Origin: an uncultured Acidobacteriota bacterium
GTDB taxonomy: Bacteria > Acidobacteriota > Thermoanaerobaculia > UBA5066 > DATFVB01
Length of the DNA stretch: 64,000 nt
Reading direction: 5' to 3'
Assembly (NCBI GenBank): GCA_963714035.1
Contig: OY970224.1
Span: 2,471,753 to 2,535,752 of the forward strand
Part shown: positions 25,018 to 38,088 of the stretch, one piece after another
How the letters are laid out: every line of letters begins with the position of its first letter
How positions within the stretch are numbered: the first letter of the stretch is position 1
The notes under the pieces: model-generated
Database searches by the model: none
What the model was told of the DNA's origin: nothing
What the model saw: only the letters and a program-made list of their open reading frames with translations
Translations under genes and position numbers: made by a program

Positions 25018-26370
25018 GTGAATCCCTCCGGCGCGAGCCATCTCGACACGATCGTGGCTCTCGCGACTCCCATGGCGCGGAGCGCGATCGCGGTCGCGCG
25101 GCTGTCGGGGAGCGAAGCCTTCGCGATCGCCCGGCGGCTGGCGCCGGGGCTTCCCGCCGGTCCGGCGCCTCGCGTCGCGATCCTCGCCGGGCTTCGCGAT
25201 TCCGAAGGCCGCGTTTTCGACCGCGGCCTCGTCACGCATTTTCCGGCGCCGTCCTCGTACACGGGGGAGGACGTGGTCGAGATCTCGCTCCACGGGAATC
25301 CCGTCCTCGCGCGGACGCTGCTGGCCGCCGCGCAGGCCGCCGGAGCGAGGCTCGCCGAACCCGGGGAGTTTTCCCGGCGCGCGTTCTACAACCAGAAGCT
25401 CTCGCTGATCGAAGCGGAAGCCGTCGGCGAGCTGATCGACGCGTCGAGCGCGGCGTCGGCGCGCGGAGCGCAGGCGCGGCTTGCGGGCGGGGGAGAGCGG
25501 GCGATCGACCCCGTTCGGGACGCGCTGCTGACCGCGCACGCGCTGTGGACCGCGGCGATCGACTTTCCGGAGCAGGCGGGGGAGGAGGATCCCGCGGAGA
25601 TCTCGCGGCGTCTCGCGGAGGCGCGTGAGCGCCTCGCGCGTCTCGGACGGGGAGCGGAGCTCGCGTCGCGGATCGCATCGGGATTCCGCGTCGCGATCCT
25701 CGGCGCGCCCAACGCCGGCAAGTCCACCGTCTTCAACCGGCTGGTCGGCTATGAGCGCGCGATCGTGGCGCCGGAGGCGGGGACGACGCGCGACACGCTC
25801 GAGGCCGACGTCGAGATCGGAGGATTGCCGATCCGTCTCGTCGACACGGCCGGGATTCGCGACGCGGCGACGGCCGTCGAGGCCGAAGGGGTCTCGCGTG
25901 CGGCCGCGGAGGCTCGCGTCGCGGACGTGGCGGTCTGGGTGCACGATGCTTCGACCCCCTGGGACGAGGGGGCGAGGAGCGCCTGGAGCGGAACCGGTAC
26001 GACCATCAAAATGCTTGTTTTCAATAAAATAGATCTCGCCGCGCCTCCCGCAGTGACGGGCTCTGTGGCCCTCTCGGCGGTCACCGAAGAGGCCGCGGAG
26101 CGGCTTTCGAGAGAGCTCGCGGGGCGGCTCTCGGCGGAGTTTCCGCCGGACGCGGTGGGGGAGTCGGTCTCGCGCCGTCAGCGCGACCTGCTCGCGCGAG
26201 CCCGCGACGCCGTCGTCCGTTCGGAGGAATCGCTCGCCCGGCGCGATCCGGCGGAGATCGCGATTCTCGGCGTCGAGGATTCACTCGCCGCGCTCTCGGA
26301 GCTCGTCGGCGAATCGACGACCGAGGACGTGCTGGATCGGATCTTCGCGAAGTTCTGCATCGGAAAATAG
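25018..26370 (+). CDS. mnmE: tRNA modification GTPase
   Basis: DTIVALAT, SYTGED, GAPNAGKST, GTTRD, DTAG, NKID, C-terminal FCIGK. Confidence 0.97.
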   Translation: MNPSGASHLDTIVALATPMARSAIAVARLSGSEAFAIARRLAPGLPAGPAPRVAILAGLRDSEGRVFDRGLVTHFPAPSSYTGEDVVEISLHGNPVLARTLLAAAQAAGARLAEPGEFSRRAFYNQKLSLIEAEAVGELIDASSAASARGAQARLAGGGERAIDPVRDALLTAHALWTAAIDFPEQAGEEDPAEISRRLAEARERLARLGRGAELASRIASGFRVAILGAPNAGKSTVFNRLVGYERAIVAPEAGTTRDTLEADVEIGGLPIRLVDTAGIRDAATAVEAEGVSRAAAEARVADVAVWVHDASTPWDEGARSAWSGTGTTIKMLVFNKIDLAAPPAVTGSVALSAVTEEAAERLSRELAGRLSAEFPPDAVGESVSRRQRDLLARARDAVVRSEESLARRDPAEIAILGVEDSLAALSELVGESTTEDVLDRIFAKFCIGK

Positions 26371-26545
26371 GGCGCCTCCGGCGCAGTTGCGAGTCGGGCG
26401 CCTCACGGCGCGGTTGCGAGTTCTTCAGTTGCGGGTTGAAAGTCGGGCGCCTTACGGCGCGGTCGCGGGTTCTTCAGTCCCGAGTCGAAAGTCAGGGGTT
26501 CTGTTCCCTGACTTTTGACGCGTAACTCGAAACTCGTCACTGGCG
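26371..26545. repeat. heptamer-arm palindromic element with internal ~49-bp duplication
   Basis: GGGCGCC-tnnc-GGCGC x3; AGTTGCG/AGTCGAA units; centre AAAGTCAGGG...CCCTGACTTT; reverse units AACTCGAAACTCG. Confidence 0.7.
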
Positions 26546-26571
26546 ATCCGCCGCGAGACTACTATTTGAGA

Positions 26572-28461
26572 ATGGTGGATCGTTTCGATCTGCTCGTCAT
26601 CGGCGCCGGCCACGCCGGTTGCGAGGCCGCGCACGCGGCGGCGCGGCTCGGGCTCTCGACCGCGCTCGTCACGTTTTCCCGCGAGACGATCGCGAAGATG
26701 TCGTGCAACCCGGCGATCGGGGGAGTCGCCAAGGGGAACCTCGTCCGCGAAATCGACGCGCTCGGCGGACTGATGGGGCGCGTGACCGACGCCGCCTCGA
26801 TCCAGTTCAAGATGCTGAACCGCTCGCGCGGCCCCGCCGTGTGGGGGCCGCGGGCCCAGTGCGACAAGGCCATGTACTCGCGGAGCATGCGCGAGGTTCT
26901 CGAGCGGACCGAGAACCTGTCGATCGTCGAGGGGACCGCGGCCGGGATCCTCGCCGGCGCCGCCGGCGCGGCGGGGGTCGTCCTCGAGGACGGGACCCGG
27001 CTCGCCGCGCGCGCCGTGATCGTCACGACCGGGACGTTCCTGGCGGCCCGGATGCACGTCGGCGAGGCGCAGCGGGAAGGAGGGCGGGTCGGGGAGAAGT
27101 CCGCCGTGCATCTTTCCGGCTCGCTCCGCGCCGCGGGGCTTCGGCTCGGGCGCTTCAAGACCGGCACGCCGCCGCGGCTGCTCCGTTCGTCCGTGGACAC
27201 GTCGCGCTGCGAGCCGGCGCCGGGAGAGGACCCGCCGATCCCCTTCTCATTCCGTAACCGAACGGTTACCAATCCACAGGTGATGTGCTGGCTCACCGCG
27301 ACGAACGATCGGGTCCACGCGATCATCCGGGAGAACCTGCATCGCTCGCCTCTCTACGCCGGCCGGATCTCCGGCCTCGGCCCAAGGTACTGCCCGTCGG
27401 TCGAGGACAAGGTCGTCAAGTTCGCGGAGAAGCCCGCGCACGCGATCTTCCTCGAACCGGAGGGCCTCGATTCCGAGGAGATGTACGTCAACGGGCTCTC
27501 GACCTCGCTCCCCGAGGACGTGCAGCGCGCCGTCATCCGAGAGATCCCGGGCCTCGAGTCCGCGGTGATGCTCCGGCCCGGCTATGCCGTCGAGTACGAC
27601 TTTGCTCACCCCGATCAACTGGACGGGACGCTGGAAACGCGCGCGATGCCGGGGCTCTATCTCGCGGGCCAGATCAACGGGACTTCGGGTTACGAGGAGG
27701 CCGCCGCCCAGGGATTCTGGGCGGGAGTCAACGCGGCGCGGAAGCTCCTGAACGGCGAGCCGTTCCGGCTGAGGCGCGACGAGGCGTACATGGGGGTGCT
27801 CGTCGACGACCTGATCTCGTCGGGCGTCGAAGAGCCGTACCGAATGTTCACCTCGCGAGCGGAGCACCGGCTCCTTCTCGGCGTCGATTCCGTGCTCTCG
27901 CGGCTCCTTCCGGCCGGGCACGCTCTCGGTCTCGTTTCCGATCGCGAGCTCGACGAGGGGCTCCGCTCGGAGCGGCGGGTCGCGGCGGCGATCGACCGCC
28001 TGCGGACGAAGCGCCTGTGCCCGGACCGCTCGACCCTCGCGGAGCTGGAACGGGCCGGAGCGCCGGCGCCCGCCGGCCCCACGACGCTCTTTTCGTATCT
28101 CCAGCGGCAGGACGTCGACGCCGCGATGCTGGGGCGGCTGCTTCCGGGCCTCCTGTCCGACTGGTCGGCGCAGGAGCGATCGATCCTCGAATCTCGTGTC
28201 CGTTACGACGGGTACATCCGGCGGGAGCGGGAGCGCGCCGGGACGATCGCGCGGCTCGAAGGGGAGCCGATCCCGGCCGATTTCGATTTCGGGGCGGTCG
28301 CGGGGCTCTCCCGCGAGGTGGTCGAGAAATGCTCGCGGCGGCGCCCCCGCACGGTCGGCGAGGCTTCGCGGATCCCGGGGGTCACGCCCGCCGCGGTCGC
28401 TATACTCGCGTTCCGTGTCCGAAAGCGCGATCCTCGGGTGCCTCGAACGGCTCGCGCCTGA
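26572..28461 (+). CDS. mnmG: tRNA uridine 5-carboxymethylaminomethyl modification enzyme
   Basis: [53 protein letters not shown]. Confidence 0.98.
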   Translation: MVDRFDLLVIGAGHAGCEAAHAAARLGLSTALVTFSRETIAKMSCNPAIGGVAKGNLVREIDALGGLMGRVTDAASIQFKMLNRSRGPAVWGPRAQCDKAMYSRSMREVLERTENLSIVEGTAAGILAGAAGAAGVVLEDGTRLAARAVIVTTGTFLAARMHVGEAQREGGRVGEKSAVHLSGSLRAAGLRLGRFKTGTPPRLLRSSVDTSRCEPAPGEDPPIPFSFRNRTVTNPQVMCWLTATNDRVHAIIRENLHRSPLYAGRISGLGPRYCPSVEDKVVKFAEKPAHAIFLEPEGLDSEEMYVNGLSTSLPEDVQRAVIREIPGLESAVMLRPGYAVEYDFAHPDQLDGTLETRAMPGLYLAGQINGTSGYEEAAAQGFWAGVNAARKLLNGEPFRLRRDEAYMGVLVDDLISSGVEEPYRMFTSRAEHRLLLGVDSVLSRLLPAGHALGLVSDRELDEGLRSERRVAAAIDRLRTKRLCPDRSTLAELERAGAPAPAGPTTLFSYLQRQDVDAAMLGRLLPGLLSDWSAQERSILESRVRYDGYIRRERERAGTIARLEGEPIPADFDFGAVAGLSREVVEKCSRRRPRTVGEASRIPGVTPAAVAILAFRVRKRDPRVPRTARA

Positions 28462-29050
28462 TTTCGGCGTCGCAGCGGCGGCCGACATCATCTCGCGGAC
28501 GGCCGCGTACCTCTCCGAGCTCGCGCGCTGGAACGCTTCGACGAACCTGGTCGGCCGCCTCTCGGACGAAGAGCTCGCCGCCCATGCCCTCGAATCGCTC
28601 CTCGGAACGGCGCTCCTGTCGCCGGAGGACCGGATCCTCGACATCGGCTCGGGAGGCGGTTTTCCGGGAGTTCCGCTCGCGATCGCCGGCCTCGACGTCA
28701 CGCTTCTCGAGCCGCGGGAGCGCCGCGCGGCGTTCCTTCGCCACGCGCTGAGGGCCGTCGGCGGAACGCGGGCCGCCGTCCGGACCGGACGCCTGGAGGA
28801 CATCGGCCCGGCCTCGTTCACGGCCGCGACCATCCGGGGCGTCGGGGACCTGCCGAAGCTCGTGGGGGAGGGCGTTTTCCTCGAAGATCGCGGGAAAGTC
28901 CTGGTCTGGACGGCGGATCCCGACCTCGCGGCCGGTCTCGCCCCCCGGTTCGCCGTCGAACGGCGTCTCCCGATCCCGCTCTCGCGGAGGCGGGAAATCG
29001 TCCTTTTCCAGAAATGTTCCACGTGGAACAATGCCGGCTCGAATGGGTAA
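28415..29050 (+). CDS. rsmG: 16S rRNA m7G527 methyltransferase
   Basis: [30 protein letters not shown]; lies between mnmG and parA. Confidence 0.9.
   Translation: MSESAILGCLERLAPDFGVAAAADIISRTAAYLSELARWNASTNLVGRLSDEELAAHALESLLGTALLSPEDRILDIGSGGGFPGVPLAIAGLDVTLLEPRERRAAFLRHALRAVGGTRAAVRTGRLEDIGPASFTAATIRGVGDLPKLVGEGVFLEDRGKVLVWTADPDLAAGLAPRFAVERRLPIPLSRRREIVLFQKCSTWNNAGSNG
29015..29030. promoter_or_regulatory. parS centromere-like site
   Basis: Perfect palindrome TGTTCCACGTGGAACA immediately upstream of parA. Confidence 0.93.
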
Positions 29051-29798
29051 GGTCTTCGCCTTCGCGAACCAGAAAGGGGGAGTCGGAAAGACGACGAGCG
29101 CGATCAACCTCGGGGCATCGCTTGCGAGTCTCGACCGGAAGGTGCTTCTCGTGGACATCGATCCCCAGGCGAACTCGACCTCCGGGCTCGGCTTGCCGAA
29201 GAACGGCAGCGAGCCAACGTCCTACGACCTCCTGAGGGGGGATCCGCCCGCCGCGAGCGTCCGCGAAACCGAGTTTCCCAACCTCTCGCTCGTCCCCGCG
29301 AGCCGGGACCTCGTCGGCGCCGAGATCGAGCTCGTCGAGGTGCCCGACCGCGAGCACCGGCTGAAGCAGGCGGTCGACGCGCTGCGCGACGCGTACGACT
29401 ACGTGCTCGTCGACTGTCCTCCGTCGCTCGGGCTTCTGACGCTGAACGGCCTCTGCGCGGCCGACGCCGTCCTGATCCCGATCCAGTGCGAATACTTCGC
29501 GCTCGAAGGCGTCACCGATTTGCTCGAAACGATCGAACGGGTGAAGATCACTCTGAATCCGATGCTCCAGATCGCCGGCGTCCTCCTCACGATGTACGAC
29601 GACCGCACGAACCTCGCGCGGCAGGTCGCCGACGACATCCGCTCCCACTTCGGCGATCGCGTCTTCCGGACGGTGATCCCGCGCTCCGTGCGTCTGGCGG
29701 AGGCTCCCTCCTTCGGGAAGCCGATCCTCGCCTACGACATCAAATCCCGGGGCGCCGAAGCCTATCTCCGCCTCGCGTCCGAGGTCCTCGCCCGCTGA
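29043..29798 (+). CDS. parA: chromosome partitioning ATPase
   Basis: ANQKGGVGKTT, DIDPQAN, DCPPSLG, QCEYFALEG, LAEAPSFG. Confidence 0.97.
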   Translation: MGKVFAFANQKGGVGKTTSAINLGASLASLDRKVLLVDIDPQANSTSGLGLPKNGSEPTSYDLLRGDPPAASVRETEFPNLSLVPASRDLVGAEIELVEVPDREHRLKQAVDALRDAYDYVLVDCPPSLGLLTLNGLCAADAVLIPIQCEYFALEGVTDLLETIERVKITLNPMLQIAGVLLTMYDDRTNLARQVADDIRSHFGDRVFRTVIPRSVRLAEAPSFGKPILAYDIKSRGAEAYLRLASEVLAR

Positions 29799-30658
29799 TG
29801 GCTGCCGACAAGCGAAAGACGCTGGGCCGCGGTCTCGCAGCGCTCCTTCCGGGAAAAGAGGGGGAGTCGAGAGGCGGGGCGCGCGAAGTGGAGCTGGCGT
29901 CGCTGCATCCGAATCCGCTCCAGCCCCGGACGGACTTCGATCCCCGGGGCCTCGCGGAGCTCGCCGAATCGATCCGGATCAACGGGATCGTCCAGCCGAT
30001 CGTCGTGGCCACGCGACCGGCCGGCGGGTTCACGATCCTCGCCGGCGAGCGGCGGTTCCGCGCCGCGAAGGCGGCGGGACTGTCGCGGGTGCCGATCGTC
30101 GTTCGCGAGGCGGCGGGGGACCGGGAGCGGCTCGAGCTCGCGCTTGTCGAGAACCTGCAGCGCGAAGACCTCAATCCCATGGAAGCCGCCGCGGCCTACG
30201 GGAGGCTTCGCGAGGAGTTCAAGCTCACGCAGGAACAGATCGCGGAGCGCGTCGGGAAGGAACGCTCGACCGTTGCTAACTCACTGAGAATACTAAGGTT
30301 ACCGTCTAAAGTAAAGGATATGATCCGTGGCGGCGCCCTGACCGCGGGGCACGCGAAAGCGTTGACGTCGCTCCCCTCGGCCGACGACCAGCTTCACCTC
30401 GCGGAAGAAATCATCCGCCGCGATCTCTCGGTCCGCCAGGCGGAGAAGCGGGTCTCGGCGATGTCGGGCGCGGCGGCGCGCATCCGGAGCGAGAAACCGC
30501 GCGACCCGTTCTCGCGCGACGCCGAGGAGAAGCTCTCGCGACGGCTGCGGGCGAGGGTGCGCCTCGAGCGGAAGAAGCGCGGCGGAAGAATCGAAATCGA
30601 TTTCGCGTCGGAAGAGGATCTGATCCGGATCTTCGAGATGCTGATGGGGAAGGGCTGA
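29798..30658 (+). CDS. parB: chromosome partitioning protein
   Basis: LGRGLAALL, NPLQPR, AGERRFRAA, ENLQREDL, HTH RSTVANSLR. Confidence 0.97.
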   Translation: MAADKRKTLGRGLAALLPGKEGESRGGAREVELASLHPNPLQPRTDFDPRGLAELAESIRINGIVQPIVVATRPAGGFTILAGERRFRAAKAAGLSRVPIVVREAAGDRERLELALVENLQREDLNPMEAAAAYGRLREEFKLTQEQIAERVGKERSTVANSLRILRLPSKVKDMIRGGALTAGHAKALTSLPSADDQLHLAEEIIRRDLSVRQAEKRVSAMSGAAARIRSEKPRDPFSRDAEEKLSRRLRARVRLERKKRGGRIEIDFASEEDLIRIFEMLMGKG

Positions 30659-30999
30659 TGGCGAAGAAACCGGACGGCGTGTTGAACGGGTTCCTCGACG
30701 AAGGGAGCCACTTCAAGGGAGATCTCACCTTCGACGACACGATGCGGATCGACGGAAAGTTCGAGGGGACGATTCGATCGGATCACCTCCTGATCATCGG
30801 CGACACGGGCGTCGTCGACGCGGAGGTGCACGTCGGGAGCGTGTCGATCGACGGGACGCTCCGCGGCACCGTGGTCGCGCGGGAGAAGATCGAAATCCAT
30901 CCGCACGGGCGGGTTTACGCGAAGCTGCAGGCGCCGGTATTGAAGATCGAAGAAGGCGCCACGTTTCAGGGCGAGGTCGCCGGGGGCGAGAAGGGATAG
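30658..30999 (+). CDS. bactofilin (polymer-forming cytoskeletal protein)
   Basis: G..FKGDL.F...RIDG.FEG.I...IEEGATFQG beta-helix pattern. Confidence 0.9.
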   Translation: MAKKPDGVLNGFLDEGSHFKGDLTFDDTMRIDGKFEGTIRSDHLLIIGDTGVVDAEVHVGSVSIDGTLRGTVVAREKIEIHPHGRVYAKLQAPVLKIEEGATFQGEVAGGEKG

Positions 31000-31130
31000 C
31001 AGGCGCGGACCATACGCGCCGTTATACGGGACGCGGGAACCTGGCCGGCGGGATCAACGTACGCGCCGGTACGCCTCACCCGCCGACCCGGGTTCCCGCG
31101 CGCGTCTCCCGGCACGTCTGGCCGCGCCTG
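31000..31130 (+). repeat. family-A repeat (A3)
   Basis: CAGGCGCGG...TCAACGTACGCGCCGGTACGCCTC...CCGCGCCTG. Confidence 0.8.
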
Positions 31131-31204
31131 GTTGTTCGCCCAGATTATTTCGTCGAGGCCTGCCCTCTTCCCTGAAAGGGCTTCTCCGATCATTTGGCAC
31201 AACG

Positions 31205-31255
31205 GTGAGGCGTGGCGAGGCGCCCGCCCGGCTCGATGCATCGCCCCGCCAGCAG
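31205..31255 (-). repeat. family-A repeat (A4, internally deleted), inverted relative to A3
   Basis: Reverse complement GCTGGCGGGGCGATGCATCGAGCCGGGCGGGCGCCTCGCCACGCC. Confidence 0.7.
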
Positions 31256-31324
31256 AACTCTCGTCCTCTTCTTGCGCCTGATCGCTCAACTCTGATAATT
31301 TCCAGCCCTTTTCGAGGGCGTTGA

Positions 31325-31759
31325 ATGCTTCAGGTACCCAACGTGTCGATGGTCCTGATCCTCGCGATCTTCTTCGCGACGATGTGGGTGTTGAACCGGT
31401 TCCTGTTCCGCCCGGTCTCGGCGATCATCGACGAGCGCCGGACGGAGGCGGAGACCGCCGCCCGGTCGCTTGCCGACGCCGAGGAGAAGTTCCGGACCGC
31501 CGCGGCGAAGATCGAATCGGAGCTTTCGCTCGCCCGCCGCGAGGCGTTGAAGATCCGGGAAGAAAACCGCGCCGAAGGCCGCCATCTCCGCGAACAGGAG
31601 GTCGAGGCCGCGAAGCAGGAAACGGCCGGACATCTGGAAGCGGCAGCGAGGGAGTTGGAGGCGGAGGCCCGCCGGACGCGCCAGGAGCTGCCTTCGCGCG
31701 TCTCGACGGTCGTCTCGGCGCTCGTCGAAAAGGTGCTCGGACGCAAGGCGGCGGCGTGA
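31325..31759 (+). CDS. atpF: ATP synthase F0 subunit b'
   Basis: N-terminal TM helix, LFRPV..IIDERR, coiled coil, KVLGR. Confidence 0.88.
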   Translation: MLQVPNVSMVLILAIFFATMWVLNRFLFRPVSAIIDERRTEAETAARSLADAEEKFRTAAAKIESELSLARREALKIREENRAEGRHLREQEVEAAKQETAGHLEAAARELEAEARRTRQELPSRVSTVVSALVEKVLGRKAAA

Positions 31760-32397
31760 GGCGTTTTCTTCCGTACGTCACCACGGCCGTCCTTCTCCTC
31801 GCGTCCGCGCCGGCCTGGGCCGCGGAGGAAGAAGGGGTTCCGCAGAAATTCCTCGGGCTTCCGGTCGACATCTGGAAGCTCGTGAACCTCATCCTGATCC
31901 TCGGGCTTCTCGTCTATCTCCTCGGAAAGCCGTTCAACACGCACTTCCGGAAGCGGCGCGAAGAGCTCGACGAAGCGATCGATCGCGCGGGCGTCGAGCG
32001 GGACAAAGCCCTCGCCCTCGCTTCCGAGATGACGGCGCGGCTGGCGTCGCTCGAGAAGGAAATCGCCGGGATCCGCGCGAGAGGCGCGGTCGACGGGGAG
32101 AACGAGAAGCGCGCCCAGATCGAGGCAGCCGCCCGCGAATCGGAGATGCTCCGCCGGAACGCCGCCGACGAGATCGAGCGCCGCCTCGCGGCCGCGAAGA
32201 AGGACCTCGCGCGCGCCGCGGCGGACCTCGCGGCGGACCGCGCCCGCGACGTGATCGCCGGCGCGATCACCGACGACGACCGCCGCCGGCTCCTCGACGA
32301 AAGCGTGCGGAACGTTGCCGTCGAGGCGACCCGGAACGTTGCCGTCGAGGCGACGAGGAACGTTGCCGTCGGGGCGGCGGGGGGAGCCAAGGCATGA
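31756..32397 (+). CDS. atpF: ATP synthase F0 subunit b with C-terminal 8-aa repeats
   Basis: GTG overlapping the previous stop; WKLVNL TM helix and coiled coil; precedes atpH. Confidence 0.88.
   Translation: MRRFLPYVTTAVLLLASAPAWAAEEEGVPQKFLGLPVDIWKLVNLILILGLLVYLLGKPFNTHFRKRREELDEAIDRAGVERDKALALASEMTARLASLEKEIAGIRARGAVDGENEKRAQIEAAARESEMLRRNAADEIERRLAAAKKDLARAAADLAADRARDVIAGAITDDDRRRLLDESVRNVAVEATRNVAVEATRNVAVGAAGGAKA
32308..32379. repeat. 24-bp tandem repeat x3 (RNVAVEAT)
   Basis: CGGAACGTTGCCGTCGAGGCGACC-like units at 32308, 32332 and 32356. Confidence 0.9.
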
Positions 32398-32933
32398 GCG
32401 CGCGTTTCGCCCGGCCCTACGCCGACGCGCTCCTCCAGAGCGTCCCCGCGGGGTTCGACCCCGGCAAATGGGCGGCTCCCCTCCACGACGTCTCCGCGGC
32501 GATCTCCGGCAACGGCGTGCTCCGCGCGGTGCTCGCCAATCCTTCGGTGAAACCGGAAGCCAAGCGCGGCATCGTGCAGTCGCTCGCCGCGCGGGCCGGC
32601 GTCGACGAGCTTGGCGGGCGTTTCCTCCGGCTCCTCCTCGACAACGGGCGCATCCTCCATCTCGGGGAAGTCCTCGACGCGATCCGCGCGGCGGTCGACG
32701 AACGGGAAGGGGTCGTCCCCGCGAAGGTCACCCTCGCCTCGGACGTCGACGCGGGCGCGCGCGACCGCGTTACCGCGGCGCTCTCGAAGGCGACCGGAAA
32801 GAAGGTCCGCGCGACGTTTGCGACCGATCCGAAGCTCCTCGCGGGCTTCGTCGCGCGCGTCGGCTCGACGATCTACGACGCATCGGCCCTCGGGGCCATC
32901 GAAAAATTCAAGGAAGAGGCGCATGGAAATTAA
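32394..32933 (+). CDS. atpH: ATP synthase delta
   Basis: [21 protein letters not shown]...GSTIYDAS. Confidence 0.93.
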   Translation: MSARFARPYADALLQSVPAGFDPGKWAAPLHDVSAAISGNGVLRAVLANPSVKPEAKRGIVQSLAARAGVDELGGRFLRLLLDNGRILHLGEVLDAIRAAVDEREGVVPAKVTLASDVDAGARDRVTAALSKATGKKVRATFATDPKLLAGFVARVGSTIYDASALGAIEKFKEEAHGN

Positions 32934-34455
32934 ATCGGACGAGATCACGCAGATCCTCAAGCAGCAGCTCGCCAACTACGAGAAGAAGATCGACGTCGCG
33001 GAGGTCGGCACCGTCCTCTCGGTCGGCGACGGCATCGCGCGCATCTTCGGCCTCGAGAAGGCGATGATGGGCGAGCTCCTCGACTTCGGCCACGACCTCT
33101 TCGGCCTGGCGTTGAACCTCGAAGAGGACAACGTCGGCGCGGTGCTCCTCGGCGAGACCCGCGAGGTCGAGGAGGGGGCGGAGGTCCGCCGCACGGGCCG
33201 CATCATCCAGGTCCCCGTCGGCCGCGCGATGGTCGGCCGCGTCGTCAACCCGCTCGGGATGCCGATCGACGGCAAGGGACCGATCGCCTCGACCGAGTTC
33301 TACCCGATCGAGCGCGTCGCTCCGGGCGTGATCGAGCGGCAGCCGGTGAAGGAGCCGATGCAGACGGGGCTCAAAGCGATCGACTCGATGATCCCGATCG
33401 GCCGCGGCCAGCGCGAGCTCATCATCGGCGACCGCCAGACCGGCAAGACCGCCGTCGCGCTCGACACGATCATCAACCAGAAGGGGAAGGGCGTCATCTG
33501 CGTGTACGCGGTGATCGGCCAGAAGAAGTCCACGGCGGCCCAGGTCGTGCGAACGCTCGAGGAAAACGGCGCGATGGAGCACACGATCGTGGTCTCGGCG
33601 ACGGCCTCGGAGCCCGCGCCCCTCCAGTACGTCGCTCCTTACGCGGCCTGCGCGATGGGCGAATACTTCATGTTCAACGGGGGCCATGCCCTCTGCATCT
33701 ACGACGACCTCTCCAAGCACGCGGCGTCCTACCGGGAGATCTCGCTGCTGCTCCGCCGGCCGCCGGGACGCGAGGCCTATCCCGGCGACGTGTTCTTCCT
33801 GCACTCGCGGCTCCTCGAGCGGGCGTCGAAGCTCTCGGAGGCGAGGGGGAGCGGGTCGCTGACGGCGCTGCCGATCATCGAGACGCAGGCGGGCGACGTG
33901 TCGGCGTACATCCCGACCAACGTCATCTCGATCACCGACGGCCAGATCTTCCTCGAGACCGATCTCTTCTATTCGGGCCAGCGCCCGGCCGTCAACGTCG
34001 GCCTGTCGGTGTCGCGCGTCGGCGGCAACGCCCAGATCAAGGCGATGAAGGGGGTCGCCGGCACGCTGCGCCTCGACCTTGCTCAGTACCGCGAGCTCGC
34101 GGCGTTCGCGCAGTTCGGCTCCGACCTGGATCGCGCGACACAGAACCAGCTCGCGCGCGGCAAGCGCCTGACCGAGCTCCTGAAGCAGCCCCAGTTCGCG
34201 CCGATGCCGGTCGAGCTCCAGGTCGTGTCGATCTACGCGGGAACGAAGGGACATCTCGACGACGTCGAGATCGACGCGATCTCCGCGTTCGAGAGCGGCC
34301 TGCACGGCTTCCTCAAGAGCGAGAAGAACGAGGTCCTCTCGGCCATTCTCGAAACGGGCAAGATGGAAAAGGTCACCGAGGAGTCGCTCATCGCCGCCAT
34401 CGGCGAGTTCAAGAAGCGGTTCTTCCAGGAGAATAAGGGCGCGAAGGCGGCTTAG
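32923..34455 (+). CDS. atpA: ATP synthase alpha
   Basis: [25 protein letters not shown]. Confidence 0.99.
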   Translation: MEIKSDEITQILKQQLANYEKKIDVAEVGTVLSVGDGIARIFGLEKAMMGELLDFGHDLFGLALNLEEDNVGAVLLGETREVEEGAEVRRTGRIIQVPVGRAMVGRVVNPLGMPIDGKGPIASTEFYPIERVAPGVIERQPVKEPMQTGLKAIDSMIPIGRGQRELIIGDRQTGKTAVALDTIINQKGKGVICVYAVIGQKKSTAAQVVRTLEENGAMEHTIVVSATASEPAPLQYVAPYAACAMGEYFMFNGGHALCIYDDLSKHAASYREISLLLRRPPGREAYPGDVFFLHSRLLERASKLSEARGSGSLTALPIIETQAGDVSAYIPTNVISITDGQIFLETDLFYSGQRPAVNVGLSVSRVGGNAQIKAMKGVAGTLRLDLAQYRELAAFAQFGSDLDRATQNQLARGKRLTELLKQPQFAPMPVELQVVSIYAGTKGHLDDVEIDAISAFESGLHGFLKSEKNEVLSAILETGKMEKVTEESLIAAIGEFKKRFFQENKGAKAA

Positions 34456-34469
34456 GGCCCGATCGACAC

Positions 34470-36795
<2,326 letters not shown>

Positions 36796-37191
36796 TTGGC
36801 CCTCAAGCTCCGCCTCGTCACTCCCGAACGGAAGGTCCTCGACGTCGAATGCGACGAGGTCGAGCTCCCGGGCGAGCTCGGCTACTTCGGCGTGCTTCCC
36901 GGCCACACGCCGCTCGTCGCGATGCTGAAGATCGGCCAGGCGTCCTACCGCGTCGGCAAGAAGGAGAGCTTCGTCGTGATCGGCGGCGGCCTCGCCGAAG
37001 TCTCCAACGACACGGTCACGGTGCTCTGCGACTTCGCGGATCTCCCCGCCGAGATCGACCTGACCGCTGCGCAGCGCGAGCAGCAGGCGGCAGAGGAAGA
37101 GATGAAGCAGGTGGGGCCGGAGACGTTCCAGATCGTGAATGCGAAATTGGAAACCGCGATGGCTCGCGTTCAGGTAGCCAGCCGGCGGTAG
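36796..37191 (+). CDS. atpC: ATP synthase epsilon
   Basis: LVTPER, GYFGVLPGHTP, GGLAEV. Confidence 0.95.
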   Translation: MALKLRLVTPERKVLDVECDEVELPGELGYFGVLPGHTPLVAMLKIGQASYRVGKKESFVVIGGGLAEVSNDTVTVLCDFADLPAEIDLTAAQREQQAAEEEMKQVGPETFQIVNAKLETAMARVQVASRR

Positions 37192-37210
37192 CGGCTCCGG
37201 GTTTGAAAAG

Positions 37211-37242
37211 AAAAGGGCCGGGATCGCTCCCGGCCTTTTTTT
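37211..37242. terminator. bidirectional intrinsic terminator
   Basis: AAAAG-GGCCGGGA-tcgc-TCCCGGCC-TTTTTTT. Confidence 0.85.
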
Positions 37243-37266
37243 GGGTTCAGATTCGTAACCTTCCGG

Positions 37267-37326
37267 TTACTTCTTTTTCTTCTGCTTCGGTTTCTTGGTT
37301 TCCTTCTTCGGCGACTTGTCTCCCAT
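37267..37326 (-). CDS. 19-aa lysine-rich small protein MGDKSPKKETKKPKQKKKK
   Basis: SD-like GAGGGGGTGA 5 nt upstream of ATG; mostly AAG codons; terminator downstream. Confidence 0.6.
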   Translation of the reverse strand: MGDKSPKKETKKPKQKKKK

Positions 37327-37388
37327 CGGCGTCACCCCCTCTCGGGAGATGATCTTCGGGGAAACGGGGCGGGAAATCAACAGGCGAA

Positions 37389-37470
37389 TAGTTGCGAGTT
37401 GCGAGTTCGCGAGTTGAAAGTGGCCCGGCGATCCGGGGATTGAACTCGGAACTCGCAACCCGAAACTGCG
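37389..37470. repeat. heptamer-arm palindromic element
   Basis: AGTTGCG AGTTGCG AGTTCGCG AGTTGAA ... CCCGG-cgat-CCGGG ... AACTCGG AACTCGC AACCCGA AACT. Confidence 0.75.
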
Positions 37471-37486
37471 GGCGCCGAGATCCGCC

Positions 37487-37789
37487 CTAGCGTGGCGAGG
37501 CGTGAAGTTCCAGGCCGAGCGCGCGGACGACGCGCAAGACCGTCGAGAGCTCCGGGTTTCCATCCGGCGAGAGAGCTTTGTAGAGGCTCTCGCGGCCGAG
37601 CCCCGATTCGCGAGCAACCTTCGTCACCCCTTTCGCCCGGGCGATGTCCCCGAGCGCCGCCGCCACGACAGCCGGGTCGCCATCCTCGAGTGCGGCTTCG
37701 AAGTAGGCGGCGACTTCGCCGTCGCTCCGCAGATGGTCGGCAGGGTCCCATCTCGACGTTTTCGCTCGACGTTTTGTGGGCACGCTCAC
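37487..37789 (-). CDS. type II antitoxin, Xre-HTH addiction-module antidote
   Basis: WDPADHL...AAYFEAALE.GD...ALGDIARAKG...GLGRESLYKALS..GNP. Confidence 0.9.
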   Translation of the reverse strand: MSVPTKRRAKTSRWDPADHLRSDGEVAAYFEAALEDGDPAVVAAALGDIARAKGVTKVARESGLGRESLYKALSPDGNPELSTVLRVVRALGLELHASPR

Positions 37790-38088
37790 TCCTCGAGATT
37801 TCTCGCCAGATCCAGAGCGGATTGGATGTCGCGCGACTGGGTGCGCTTGTCGCCACCGGCGAGGAGGATCACGAGAGCCTCACGGCGGAAAGCGAAGTAG
37901 ACCCTGTAGCCCGGACCGTAATCGATACGCATTTCGGAAACCCCTTCTCCCACCGGGCGTACGTCGCCGGGATTGCCGAGGGAAAGCCGCCGGACCCGCA
38001 CGAGAATTCTCGCCCTCGCCCGAATGTCGCGAAGACCTTCGAACCACCGGGCATACCGGTCGGTCTGGCGAACTTCGAGCGGAAGCAA
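37786..38088 (-). CDS. type II toxin, RelE/HigB-like addiction-module killer
   Basis: W..GLRD.RARARI..R..R...GNPGD..PVGEGVSEMRIDYGPGYRVY; LLAGGDK.TQ..DI. Confidence 0.9.
   Translation of the reverse strand: MLPLEVRQTDRYARWFEGLRDIRARARILVRVRRLSLGNPGDVRPVGEGVSEMRIDYGPGYRVYFAFRREALVILLAGGDKRTQSRDIQSALDLARNLEE

Noticed and set aside
31194-31212. TTGGCAC as a sigma54 -24 box for the atp operon
   Set aside because: No TTGC at -12; a TTGCGC-16-GATAAT sigma70-like promoter at 31272-31299 fits better
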